NCBI GenBank assembly: GCA_016928955.1
Contig: JAFGJV010000016.1
Location: forward strand, 1-62,224
Length of the DNA: 62,224 bases
Origin: Spirochaetales bacterium
GTDB taxonomy: Bacteria; Spirochaetota; Spirochaetia; Treponematales; UBA12059
Direction: 5' to 3'
In this document: piece after piece, positions 49,929 through 59,042 of the stretch
Layout of the letters: the number at the start of each line of letters is the position of its first letter
Position numbering within the stretch: position 1 is the first letter of the stretch
Position numbers and translations under genes: made by a program
Notes under the pieces: generated by a model
Told to the model about the DNA's origin: nothing
Seen by the model: only the letters and a program-made list of their open reading frames with translations
The model's database searches: none

Positions 49929-50899
49929 TAGCGGCCCTTGACCGCGTCCAGCCAGTTCTGCCTGGCCTTCCGCCTGTCTGCCTCGGGGGCGGGGAAGTAG
50001 CCGACTTCCTTCAGGGCCTCGTCAACGTAGGTCAGGTAGTAGGCTATGAAGGCGGCGACCTGGGGCTTGTCGTTCATGATCTTGGCGTCGCTGTATATGA
50101 AGATGGGCCTTGCCAGGGGGTAGGTGCCCTTGTCCACATTGGCCGCGTTGGCCTCCACGCCGTCCACGGACAGGACCTTGAGCTTGGCCCTGTTCTCTAG
50201 GTAGTAGGCAAACCCGAAGAAGCCTATGGCGTAGGGGTCGCCGGACACGCCGCGGACCAGCACGTTGTCGTCCTCGGACATCTGGGTGTTCTTGGCGGCC
50301 AGTATGGGCTTGCGGTCCTTCTTGTACAGGTGCTCCACGAAGTAGTCAAAGGTGCCCGAGTCGGTGCCGGGGATGTAGCGTTTGATTTCCTTCTTGGGCC
50401 AGCTGGGCCTGACGTCGGACCAGTACACGGCGGTGGAGAAGGCCAGCTTGAGCTCGCTCTGGCTGATGTCGGAAACCCAGGTATTGGACTTGCTGACCAC
50501 CACGGCCAGGGCGTCTGTGCCCAGGCGGAATTCCACCGGGGTCCGACCTATGGCCTTGGCCGCGTCCACCTGGGTCTGCTTGATGGGCACGGACGCGTTG
50601 GCTATGTCCGTCTCGCCCGCCGTGCAGAAGCGGTCGAACCCGGCGCCCGAGCCTATAGAGTCGACAATGACCTGGCCTTTAAAACCGTCTTCCTTGAACA
50701 TGGCCGCTATCAGCTCGGACACGGGGAACACGGTGGAACTGCCGGCCGTTATGATGGTTCCCGACGCCTTGGACGGATCCACGCCGGGCAGCATCTTAAG
50801 GGGGTCGTCATTGGTCTTGGTGACCCAGGCAAAGGTTCCCAGGGCGCTGGCGGCAGCGGCTACAAGGCCAAACAGAATGGCAAACGCTCTCTTCTTCAT
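49925..50899 (-). CDS. pstS: Phosphate ABC transporter substrate-binding protein
   Basis: AGSSTVFP, GSGAG, DIANAS, SGTFDYF, SEDDN, YPLARP. Confidence 0.95.
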   Translation of the reverse strand: MKKRAFAILFGLVAAAASALGTFAWVTKTNDDPLKMLPGVDPSKASGTIITAGSSTVFPVSELIAAMFKEDGFKGQVIVDSIGSGAGFDRFCTAGETDIANASVPIKQTQVDAAKAIGRTPVEFRLGTDALAVVVSKSNTWVSDISQSELKLAFSTAVYWSDVRPSWPKKEIKRYIPGTDSGTFDYFVEHLYKKDRKPILAAKNTQMSEDDNVLVRGVSGDPYAIGFFGFAYYLENRAKLKVLSVDGVEANAANVDKGTYPLARPIFIYSDAKIMNDKPQVAAFIAYYLTYVDEALKEVGYFPAPEADRRKARQNWLDAVKGRY

Positions 50900-50941
50900 C
50901 GTTGTCCTCCTTACGGTACGCGCCAGACAGTACAGGCGGCA

Positions 50942-50980
50942 CGTGAGGCCTGGATGAGCTGTTTGTTAGGATTGTGTGAG
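50942..50980 (-). promoter_or_regulatory. Putative Pho box (four 11-bp-phased hexamers)
   Basis: Minus strand CTCACA-5-CTAACA-5-CTCATC-5-CTCACG, then TGTACTGT -10-like element upstream of pstS. Confidence 0.7.
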
Positions 50981-51104
50981 AAACGCGGCCGCAGAGGGGC
51001 GGCGGGTGATAAAAATATATTTGACAGAATCAGTAATGCCGTAAAAACTGGGCGTGCGTCCTAGTTTTGGACGATATGTCGAATGTGTGTGGAGGAACCA
51101 GCCC

Positions 51105-51941
51105 ATGAAAAAGATCGCGTTGATCCTGGCCGCCCTGGCTGCTGCCCTGGCGTTCACCGCCTGCTCGAGCCCCCTGGGGCCGAACCAGGCAGACGTCGCC
51201 ATGGATCCGGGTACGGACATTGACCTTCTGGCGGCCCCCAGGCTGTCGGGCGACTCTGGCTTCCCGCCCATCAGCAACCTGCCTTTCAACAAGGACGGCG
51301 CCGTGTACCTGTCCGGCGGCGGCGATGACCTTGTCGGCTCGGTCATAGGCTGGGCGGCTCCCAAGAGCCTGCCGGGCAACTACTACCATGGCGGGGCCCT
51401 GGACCTGAACAAATACGATCCGAACAACCTGGACGCTCCCTGCATGCAGTCGGCCATCACCAAGGGCGCCGGCTTTGAGAGCGCCAACGACTGGATCAAC
51501 GGCAAGGTCAACGTATGCGTGATGCATCCCACCTTCACGGTCGATGCCGCCAAGCTGAACGCCGCCCAGGCGGCCGTGGACTACTACTGCAACCTGCCGG
51601 CCGACCAGCAGGAGTACGGTTTCTTTGAAGGCTACGTGAACATTTTCAACGTGGTCACCAAGGAAGACCGCTACTACTGGTACTGCACCAAGGTGGCCTG
51701 GGAAACCTGGAAGACCTACGGCATAGACATAGACTCCAACTCAGCCGCCATAGACTGGACCAGCTCCGGCCTGTACGGCATGGTATCCGCGTACTACAAG
51801 ACCATCTACTTCTGGAGCCCGTCGCGCGCCAAGGCGGCTATAGCCAATTACATGGCCGACACCCGCCAGAAGATCGTGCTGGCCGAGGAAATCATCCTCT
51901 CGCCGTACCTGGCCAAAGTGTTCGAGGTCATCCGCAATTGA
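51105..51941 (+). CDS. Lipoprotein, permuted papain-like (YiiX/YaeF-like) amidase candidate
   Basis: Lipobox FTAC; YYHGG His precedes WYCTKVAW Cys; YGIDID. Confidence 0.65.
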   Translation: MKKIALILAALAAALAFTACSSPLGPNQADVAMDPGTDIDLLAAPRLSGDSGFPPISNLPFNKDGAVYLSGGGDDLVGSVIGWAAPKSLPGNYYHGGALDLNKYDPNNLDAPCMQSAITKGAGFESANDWINGKVNVCVMHPTFTVDAAKLNAAQAAVDYYCNLPADQQEYGFFEGYVNIFNVVTKEDRYYWYCTKVAWETWKTYGIDIDSNSAAIDWTSSGLYGMVSAYYKTIYFWSPSRAKAAIANYMADTRQKIVLAEEIILSPYLAKVFEVIRN

Positions 51942-52978
51942 CCGACCAGGATGGCCGCCCGCGGATTCCGGGCGGCATGCCCGCGGCGTGGACGGCCATC
52001 CTTCTCGCGCTCGCATTGTCCTTCCTGACTGGCTGCGCCATCCGGCCGGCCGCGACCCCGGACGCCGTGTTCCCCTTCATGGGCGCCCTGCGTAGGGCTG
52101 ATACGGGCAACGAGGCTTTCCCCCTGGCCGCCGATATCCGCCTCAGGGCGGTAGCCGCATTCCCAGGCGGCGTGTGGGCCTGGAGCCACGGCGACGCCAC
52201 GCTCCGGCTCTATGACGCGTCCGGCGACGAACGGCGCGCCTGGCCCCTGGACGCGGCCGCCGTGTGGCTGTCGCCGTCGCTCGCGCTGTCGCGCTCCGAG
52301 CTCTTTCAGGCGGGCGGCGGCTTTACCTATACCCTTCATTCGCTGGATTCAGTCAGCGGCCCGCGCCTAGCGGCGACGTGGACCCTGGACTCTTTTCCGT
52401 CGGACGTGGCGTTCACGAGGGACGGGGTCCTGCTCGCCGGCGCCGACATCCGCGACAGCTTGTTAACCCTGCGTTATATGTCCGCCCAGGCTGAACCCGT
52501 GGTGGTGGCGGAACTACCCAAGCGCGATGACTTCCTCCGCGTGATAGCAGGTCCTTCCGGCCTCCTGCTCTTCGGCAGTGCCAGGGAGCGAGCGGCGCGG
52601 GAACTGGAGCTTCATGTAGTCGCCTGGGACGGCGCGGGTCAGCCGCCGGAGAGGGCCTTCCGCACGCTGGCCCTGGACGGCCTGCCGGACGGCGCCCTGT
52701 GCTGGTATGGATCGGGCTTTTTCTTTGGCGGCCGCTACTGGCTGCCGCTGGCCATGGCCAACGGCGACGCGGTCCTTGCCGGCATCTCGGTGGACGGGGA
52801 CCGGGCCTTCGTGGACGGCCTGGCGGCAGGGACAGGCGGCGTGTACGCCCCCCTGGGCCCGGCGGCGGACGGCTCGAGTTTCAGGTACCTGGCCTACGAC
52901 CACGAACGCGAGCCCGGCGTCTACCGCCTGGCCGAGTTTGACGGGCTATCCGTCAGCCTGTCCGAGCCCCTGCGCTGA
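51938..52978 (+). CDS. Hypothetical lipoprotein (beta-rich); start may be 51977
   Basis: LTGC lipobox; TTGA overlap with the upstream gene. Confidence 0.65.
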   Translation: MTDQDGRPRIPGGMPAAWTAILLALALSFLTGCAIRPAATPDAVFPFMGALRRADTGNEAFPLAADIRLRAVAAFPGGVWAWSHGDATLRLYDASGDERRAWPLDAAAVWLSPSLALSRSELFQAGGGFTYTLHSLDSVSGPRLAATWTLDSFPSDVAFTRDGVLLAGADIRDSLLTLRYMSAQAEPVVVAELPKRDDFLRVIAGPSGLLLFGSARERAARELELHVVAWDGAGQPPERAFRTLALDGLPDGALCWYGSGFFFGGRYWLPLAMANGDAVLAGISVDGDRAFVDGLAAGTGGVYAPLGPAADGSSFRYLAYDHEREPGVYRLAEFDGLSVSLSEPLR

Positions 52979-53016
52979 GCGTCGTGCGGAACAACAACGG
53001 AAAGTGTATAATAATC

Positions 53017-53237
53017 GAGGCTCCGTCAAAAGTCGGACGAGTTTTGACGGAGCTGAATATTGGTATGTGATGTGCGTAGCGGTTGAGAAAAACGCAAACA
53101 ACCGCGAGCAATCGCAAAGCCAATTTCAGAAGTAACAGACTTTTGGGAACCTTCAAAAACCCAATGGTTATTAGAGGTTCCCTGCGTTTTCGGCCGAAAA
53201 CGCTAGGTTTTTTAAGGCTCCCTTTTGAAATTGGCTC
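53017..53237 (+). mobile_element. Family-2 MITE carrying a nested family-1 MITE
   Basis: Imperfect TIR GAGGCTCCGTCAAAAG...TTTTGAAATTGGCTC flanked by AATC/AATC. Confidence 0.85.
53145..53222 (+). mobile_element. Long-form (78 bp) family-1 MITE
   Basis: GGGAACCTTC...AAGGCTCCC flanked by TTTT/TTTT; absent from the 1-133 copy of the host element. Confidence 0.85.
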
Positions 53238-53267
53238 AATCAGAAACATGAATCCCGGAGGATGTGT

Positions 53268-54644
53268 ATGAAAGCTTCCATCGTTCTGGCCTTGTCGGCC
53301 CTGCTCCTGGCCGGTTGCGCCACCACCTTTGTCGTCCCTGAGATGGATGTCGGGCTGGGGGACATGCCCGCCGATCCCGCCACCTTTATCGAGCTCGATT
53401 CGGGCATCGTGCTCCACCAGATGGACGGGGAAGCCGTCAATAAGTCGGGGCCGCTACGGATCCATTGCACGCCAGGGCCGCACGAGCTCATGGTGTCATA
53501 TCACGCCGAGTGGGTCGTGAATGGTGTACGGTACACAAGGAGTTCCGGCGGGGCCCTGCCGCTGACGGTGAACGTAAACGAGAAGAAACCGAGATTCGTA
53601 TTGGATATGTCGACGCTAAGCGCTCTTTTTGAACCACAATCCCTGCGGTACAATCCGGCAGACTACGGGCAGAAGAAGCGTGAGTCAGGTGTTTTTTCAC
53701 CAAGCGATGATTCGCCTGTTGCCATGCTCAATGGGGAAACCGTCTTATACGGAAAGGGCAGTTCCGTCTATCTGTATTGGGACGCTGTCGAGGAAGGTGC
53801 CGGCGGCTCATCCAAGATCTATGACTTTGACCAGGGCACAGTAATCGCTTTGTCAAGCGATGGCGACCGCGCTTGGGCTCTGTGTTCCGATGGTACGTTG
53901 GCGCTCCTCGACCCCACCGACAGAACCCTTCAGTCTAGCGTTTCTTTGGGCAAGGAGCTTGCGGCGGCCGATATTGCGGACGGCATCGTATATGCCAGCG
54001 TCTCCGAAGGCGGTTTGGCCGCCTGGTCCCTGGATGGTAGACCGATGGGGAATTGGGCCGCGAATGGCATTTTCGACGAGGTGGTCGTGAGGGGCGGTTT
54101 TCTATCAGCCGAGCGCAAGGATCATGTGGCTGTGGTCGAGATAGAAACCGGGAAGCTTACGGAGTTTGCTTTCGACAAGGGTAGGGCCGTTCGCGACGCT
54201 AGGGTGGATGCGATAGGTCGCCAGATGGTCGTCTTGTTCGAATCCCAGAAATTCGCTGTCTACGATCTTGTCGATGGAACCGAGTACCCTTCGGTTCTGC
54301 GACGCTTGCCCGTGTGGATGGAGAAACCCGCACACTTTGATATTTCCCCTGATGGTACGGAACTTGTTGTCATGACGGAGATGATCATGGTAACAGGTCT
54401 GTATACCTGTTGGGTGGTCTTATATGAGTTAGGCGATGATCCTGTGGAGCGGTCGGTGGTCGGACCCGGGAAGTATCGAGCTAATGAATCCTGGCTATTC
54501 CAGGGTGCCTATCCACGCTCAGTCACCTTCGACGACCGGCTCGAGAGGATTATGGCGATTGGGTCTGCCGGTGTCGGTCCGGCATATTTTTTGTTACGGG
54601 GAACGTATTTCGTAAAATCTGATACCATTCAGGTGTCGGAATGA
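53268..54644 (+). CDS. Lipoprotein with beta-propeller-like domain, lower GC
   Basis: LAGC lipobox; ALSSDG and DISPDG blade motifs; atypical codon usage. Confidence 0.75.
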   Translation: MKASIVLALSALLLAGCATTFVVPEMDVGLGDMPADPATFIELDSGIVLHQMDGEAVNKSGPLRIHCTPGPHELMVSYHAEWVVNGVRYTRSSGGALPLTVNVNEKKPRFVLDMSTLSALFEPQSLRYNPADYGQKKRESGVFSPSDDSPVAMLNGETVLYGKGSSVYLYWDAVEEGAGGSSKIYDFDQGTVIALSSDGDRAWALCSDGTLALLDPTDRTLQSSVSLGKELAAADIADGIVYASVSEGGLAAWSLDGRPMGNWAANGIFDEVVVRGGFLSAERKDHVAVVEIETGKLTEFAFDKGRAVRDARVDAIGRQMVVLFESQKFAVYDLVDGTEYPSVLRRLPVWMEKPAHFDISPDGTELVVMTEMIMVTGLYTCWVVLYELGDDPVERSVVGPGKYRANESWLFQGAYPRSVTFDDRLERIMAIGSAGVGPAYFLLRGTYFVKSDTIQVSE

Positions 54645-54694
54645 GGATTGTCCCAAAAGCAAGATAGGTAACCCGTGTGCGCAAGGAGGCTTCC

Positions 54695-54883
54695 ATGTCC
54701 GAACGGACCATTGTCACCCAGCATGCCGCCACCAGCGGTTTCTACGGCCTTGGCTTCATAGCCGCGGCCGTGTATTTCATCGGCCACGCCGCCAGCTTTG
54801 GGGCCGGCGTCGTGGGTTTTCTCAAGGCCATCGTGTGGCCGGCTTTCGTTGTGTACAAGCTGATGGAGCATCTGGGCATGTAG
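54695..54883 (+). CDS. Small membrane protein
   Basis: AAGGAGG RBS; GFYGLGFIAAAVYFI...GFLKAIVWPAF. Confidence 0.75.
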   Translation: MSERTIVTQHAATSGFYGLGFIAAAVYFIGHAASFGAGVVGFLKAIVWPAFVVYKLMEHLGM

Positions 54884-54892
54884 CCTGGGCAC

Positions 54893-54920
54893 CGCTCCCC
54901 GCCCGAGCAGGCGGGGAGCG
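54893..54920. terminator. Hairpin between convergent genes
   Basis: CGCTCCCCGCC-6 nt-GGCGGGGAGCG. Confidence 0.55.
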
Positions 54921-54930
54921 CGTTCTGGCC

Positions 54931-55341
54931 TCAGCCTTCAAAAACAAACTCTGTTGCCATGTCGGCGACCTTGGACAGGGTTTGGTAGATCGAACAATAT
55001 TTTCCCGCAAGTTCCGCCGCGTCCCTGAAGCCTTTTTCAGCGTTCGCGTCGCGCTGTCCCGACCCGCGCACGGTAACCCGGAGCTTGACCCAGGACAGGG
55101 TTGCTGGTATCTCGCTCTGCTTTTCTCCGCTGACCGCTATGCTGGCCGACGAAAAGGACAGCCGCTTTTTGTCGGCAATATCCAGGAAGTTTGCATAGTA
55201 GCACGACGCCAGCGCGCCCAGTAGCATGTCGTACGGCTCCAGCCGGCCGTCGCCCGTGCCAATAGGAACGGCGGCGAGAGGCGTGGCGAGCGTTCCCCTG
55301 AACTCGCGTTCAAAGTCCGCTGTGATTGAAAGCACTGCCAA
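54931..55341 (-). CDS. OsmC-family protein
   Basis: PYDMLLGALASC and KYCSIYQTL. Confidence 0.85.
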   Translation of the reverse strand: MAVLSITADFEREFRGTLATPLAAVPIGTGDGRLEPYDMLLGALASCYYANFLDIADKKRLSFSSASIAVSGEKQSEIPATLSWVKLRVTVRGSGQRDANAEKGFRDAAELAGKYCSIYQTLSKVADMATEFVFEG

Positions 55342-55375
55342 TGAAGTCTCCCTTCCAGAGTTGCCAGGCGACGCG

Positions 55376-55996
55376 TCATTCCAGATCGCCGTTCAGAATG
55401 GCGTAGTGGTCGTGGTCTTCCCAGCGGCCGTTGATCTTGAGGTAGCGAGCGCTTGCTCCTTCCCGCGTGAAGCCGGCGCGGACCGCGACGCGCGCGGACG
55501 CTTCGTTTGCGGGCATGATGTTGGCCTCTATGCGGTGGAGCTTAAGGCTCCCGAAGGCGACGCGCACGAAGGCGGCCAGGGCCTCGGTCATGTACCCCCG
55601 ACCCGTGTGGCGGCGGCCGAGCTTGTAGCCCAGGTAGCATGACTGGAAGGGGCCGCGGACGATGGCGCTGAGCGAGAGGTCACCCAGGAGTTCCCCAGTG
55701 CCCTTGGCCACGATCAGGGCGGCCAGGGCGCTTCCCGAGCGGGTGTCGCGCGCGGTCTGGGCGAGCCTCTGCCTGACGGCCGACCGGCCGAAATAGTCGT
55801 CGCCGCGGAGCGGTTCCCAGGGCTCGAAAAAGCCGCGGTTTTCCAGGAGGAAGGCCCGCACCACACCGGCGTCTGCCCGGCTTGGACGCACCAGGAGCAG
55901 GCGCCCTGTTTCCGCTATGATGCGGGTGCCCGGCCGCCGTACGCGCGTGAGATCGGCATTTTTAGGCGACGACAAATGACCGTGCGAGCCTGTCAT
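55376..55996 (-). CDS. RimJ-like GNAT N-acetyltransferase
   Basis: IVRGPFQSCYLGY, GRGYMTEA, LHRIEANIMPANEAS, YLKINGRWEDH. Confidence 0.9.
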   Translation of the reverse strand: MTGSHGHLSSPKNADLTRVRRPGTRIIAETGRLLLVRPSRADAGVVRAFLLENRGFFEPWEPLRGDDYFGRSAVRQRLAQTARDTRSGSALAALIVAKGTGELLGDLSLSAIVRGPFQSCYLGYKLGRRHTGRGYMTEALAAFVRVAFGSLKLHRIEANIMPANEASARVAVRAGFTREGASARYLKINGRWEDHDHYAILNGDLE

Positions 55997-56000
55997 GCCG

Positions 56001-56741
56001 TCACTCCATGAACGGCCGCAGGTAGGCTGCCGCCGACCGGTTCATCTCGCGGGCAAAGTCCGACTCGTATTTGCGCTCGCAGAAGGCGCGCATCCAGCCG
56101 TCGTAGTCAAAGCTAGCCGCGGCTCCCGATTCCCGCGCCACGATCGATGCCCGCAGTTCGCGGCCTTGCCGCCTCCGGTAGCGATCCACGCTGACAAGGT
56201 CCCCTCGGGCGGGGCGCGGCGGCTTGGGCCGCTTAAGCTGATGCTCGGTCGGCCAGCCCATGACCAGCATGGCCGCCGGAACGGTATAGTCGTCCAGGTT
56301 GAGAAGGGCCGCCACGCGTTCGCGGTTCTCCAGTATGTCCCCTATGTAGCAGGAGCCCAGTCCCAGGGAGTGGGCGGCGACCACCGCGTTCTGCGCCGCC
56401 ACGAGCGCGTCGGCATAGGCTATTAGCAAATCGCCCGGTCCCGGCGCGCGGGGCTTGAGGCCGGCTTCCTGGTACGCGCCGAGCCAGCGGCGGCAGTCGG
56501 CCAGGAACACCCACAGCACGGGCGCCGTGGCTATGAAGGGCTGGTGGTCGCACAGCTCGGCCAGTTCGTCCTTGACCGCCTGATCGCGCACGTCGATTAT
56601 AGCGTACAGGTTCTGGTTGCCCGCGCTCGGCGCCTGGATGGCAGCGTCGATGATTTCGTTCCGAGTGGCATCGTCCACCGGCCTGTCCAGGAACACGCGG
56701 ACGGATTTTCTCTCCCACAGCTGGGCAAGGGTCGGATTCAT
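56001..56741 (-). CDS. Nitroreductase family protein (NfsA-like)
   Basis: RKSVRVF, APSAGNQ, QNAVVAAHSLGLGSCYIG, KPPR. Confidence 0.9.
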   Translation of the reverse strand: MNPTLAQLWERKSVRVFLDRPVDDATRNEIIDAAIQAPSAGNQNLYAIIDVRDQAVKDELAELCDHQPFIATAPVLWVFLADCRRWLGAYQEAGLKPRAPGPGDLLIAYADALVAAQNAVVAAHSLGLGSCYIGDILENRERVAALLNLDDYTVPAAMLVMGWPTEHQLKRPKPPRPARGDLVSVDRYRRRQGRELRASIVARESGAAASFDYDGWMRAFCERKYESDFAREMNRSAAAYLRPFME

Positions 56742-56808
56742 GGCGCCTCCCTTTAGCGAGGAAGGTAGCAGAACGCTCGCCGGCGCGCAAGGCGGAGCGC
56801 TTGCCCAC

Positions 56809-58446
56809 TCATGAAACGCCGGAGCCTTTGAAGCACTCGCTCGATTTCATAGCGGACCATGGCCCCCGGGTGGCGACCTTTCCATCCTTCATCAGGATGA
56901 CCTCGTCGTACAGCTCCAGGTGCTCGTTCAGTTTGTGTGTAACGGAGATAACCGTCTTCTCCGGGTCCTTGAGGACCAATTCATGTACCCGATCGTGGGT
57001 CGAAGGGTCCATCGCCGCGAAGGACTCGTCCAACAGCACGACGTCGGTGTCGGCGAGCATCGCCCGCGCTATGGATACAAGCTGTTTTTCCCCGCCGCTT
57101 AGGTCCTGGCAGTTTTCACTTTCCGAGATAGTCTTCATTTTCCTCGTACCAGCCGACTTTTCGAGGCCGTCTAGGTTTCTGTGCGGTAGGGCCGAAAACA
57201 CGGTGACGCATTCATTGAAGGCGGATGCGAACATGTGGTCGTGCTGGTCGACATTCCAGACGACCTTGGACGTGTCGATGTTCGTAATAGGAACGCCGTC
57301 CAAAAGGATCTCGCCCGACGCCGCTTCGACATACTTCATGATCAGGTTGAGAATGGTCGATTTCCCGGATCCGTTGTGGCCTATCAGCGCGTACTTTTTC
57401 CCTTTTTCGAACCTGAGGCTGACCGGGCCAAGCGAGAAGTCATCAAAAGACGCGGATGCACCGCGAAGTTCAATAGCCTCGTTGAGATGAGAGGCTACCG
57501 GCAGGACTGGCGTTTTTTCGGGAGTGAGAAAGTCCATTACTTTCTTTTTTATGTCAGTCGTGGATCGTATCGAGCTTACATATATCGTGATGTCCCGAAC
57601 CGGATCGATGAAGCTTTCGATGTATCCTAGGGTCCCGACGCCCGCGCCGATGCTTATTTCTTTCAGGTACATCATCACTCCGACAAGGATGAACGACAGT
57701 ATGTTTAGGGAATACAAAAAGCAGCCATTAAAAATGTACATTAACACTTTGAGTTTCCCGTACCAGAACCGTTTTTTCAGAGTCTCTGAAAGCTCCCGCT
57801 CGTGTGCCGCTAGAAACGCATCGCGGGTCGCGCTCGTGATCAGCTTAAATCCTTCAAGCAAATCCTTCATGAGGGATATGTAGCCGCCTTTTTTATCAAG
57901 GAAGATTTTTCGGCGCCTTGACACCGGTTTTGTCAATACTTTGGGCGCAATGAGCGCGGTGATTACGGAGACCGGCACAATCACAGCGCCGATTCTCCAG
58001 TCGATGAAGATAAAAAGGACAATGGCGTATACGGTAAACGACATTGTCGATTTAAATATTTCTACGATCGGCGTCAGATAATCCATCTCGAGCTCTTGGA
58101 TTTCGTTGCCCTGCATCGCGATGTATTCTCCGACGTCGGTCTTCCTGAAACGGCTGTAACTGTATGCGCTGACGGCAGCGAAGAAGTCGCGTTTCACCGA
58201 GCCCTCGAATACGATGGCCATTTTCCAGCTGAAATATTGATCGATATAGGTGAAGACAAGGCTTCCGAGAATGCATCCCGAGTATCCTACGCAAAGCCGG
58301 ATGATTGCGGCTACATCGCCCGACGGTGCTGTGTCAAACATCAGCTTAACAAAATACGGCATGAACGCTAGCGAAAGGTTAGAAAGGGCCGAGAAGATTA
58401 TCTGAAGGATAATCAGTCCTAGGACAGCTTTGATGTACTTTTCCAT
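56809..58446 (-). CDS. ABC exporter, fused permease/ATPase, low GC
   Basis: N-terminal TM domain; GHNGSGKST, LSGGEKQ, LLDE, VTH. Confidence 0.9.
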   Translation of the reverse strand: MEKYIKAVLGLIILQIIFSALSNLSLAFMPYFVKLMFDTAPSGDVAAIIRLCVGYSGCILGSLVFTYIDQYFSWKMAIVFEGSVKRDFFAAVSAYSYSRFRKTDVGEYIAMQGNEIQELEMDYLTPIVEIFKSTMSFTVYAIVLFIFIDWRIGAVIVPVSVITALIAPKVLTKPVSRRRKIFLDKKGGYISLMKDLLEGFKLITSATRDAFLAAHERELSETLKKRFWYGKLKVLMYIFNGCFLYSLNILSFILVGVMMYLKEISIGAGVGTLGYIESFIDPVRDITIYVSSIRSTTDIKKKVMDFLTPEKTPVLPVASHLNEAIELRGASASFDDFSLGPVSLRFEKGKKYALIGHNGSGKSTILNLIMKYVEAASGEILLDGVPITNIDTSKVVWNVDQHDHMFASAFNECVTVFSALPHRNLDGLEKSAGTRKMKTISESENCQDLSGGEKQLVSIARAMLADTDVVLLDESFAAMDPSTHDRVHELVLKDPEKTVISVTHKLNEHLELYDEVILMKDGKVATRGPWSAMKSSECFKGSGVS

Positions 58447-58493
58447 AGATGTTCCTCTGGATACATTTTGCCTGCGATTGTGCATCTGCTATA

Positions 58494-58549
58494 GGGAGCC
58501 TCTAATAACTTCAGTTTTTTAGGTTCCCTTTAGGTTATTAGAGGCTACC
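58494..58549. mobile_element. Short family-1 MITE/REP plus orphan arm
   Basis: GGGAGCCTCTAATAAC...TTTTTTAGGTTCCC (58494-58528) then GGTTATTAGAGGCTACC. Confidence 0.75.
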
Positions 58550-58742
58550 TCTTGTCTATAATCCGGGCGAACGAGCGCCATTCATCCTGTGAAAGCGCCT
58601 GGACGACGTATTCTACCAATTTTACACTGTTTTTGCGGTTTGTCAGGATTATCCTTGTGGTTTGTTTGTGGCACCGGGATGTAGCGCCTCAGGGATGGCA
58701 CAAACATATCGTAGATATGCGGCTGAGGGAGTGAGTCGCGGT

Positions 58743-58844
58743 ATGGGAAAGACCTGGAATACTCTTGTGTTTTTGATGCTCGCGATATCTGTTGCCGCCC
58801 AGAAGCCTGTAGTCTACGAACTGCGGGCTTGCAGTGGGGTGTGA
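58743..58844 (+). pseudogene. Possible truncated exported-protein gene
   Basis: GGGAG upstream; signal-peptide-like MGKTWNTLVFLMLAISVAA; stops after 33 aa. Confidence 0.3.
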
Positions 58845-58913
58845 GTCCCGGCAGACGGCGCCGCGGCGGCCGGTGCGCGTTGGTGGCAAGCGTGCACGTA
58901 CCCGGCGGCCTGT

Positions 58914-58989
58914 CCGCGCCTTAAAGCCTTGTGTTTTCTGCAGAAAACGCGGGGAACCTCTGATAACCATGGGGTTTTTTGAGGTTCCC
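58914..58989 (-). mobile_element. Long-form family-1 MITE (reverse orientation, degenerate end)
   Basis: Reverse complement GGGAACCTCAAAAAACCCCATGGTTATCAGAGGTTCCCCGCGTTTTCTGCAGAAAAC aligns with 53145-53222. Confidence 0.8.
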
Positions 58990-59042
58990 AAAAAACAAAT
59001 TGCCGTGTTGCGCGATACGGCAGTTCGCTTGATACTTGCGCC

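Noticed and set aside
53055..53120. Integron attC site
   Set aside because: GTT and AAC arms are in the wrong order; no cassette array or intI; the sequence lies within a MITE
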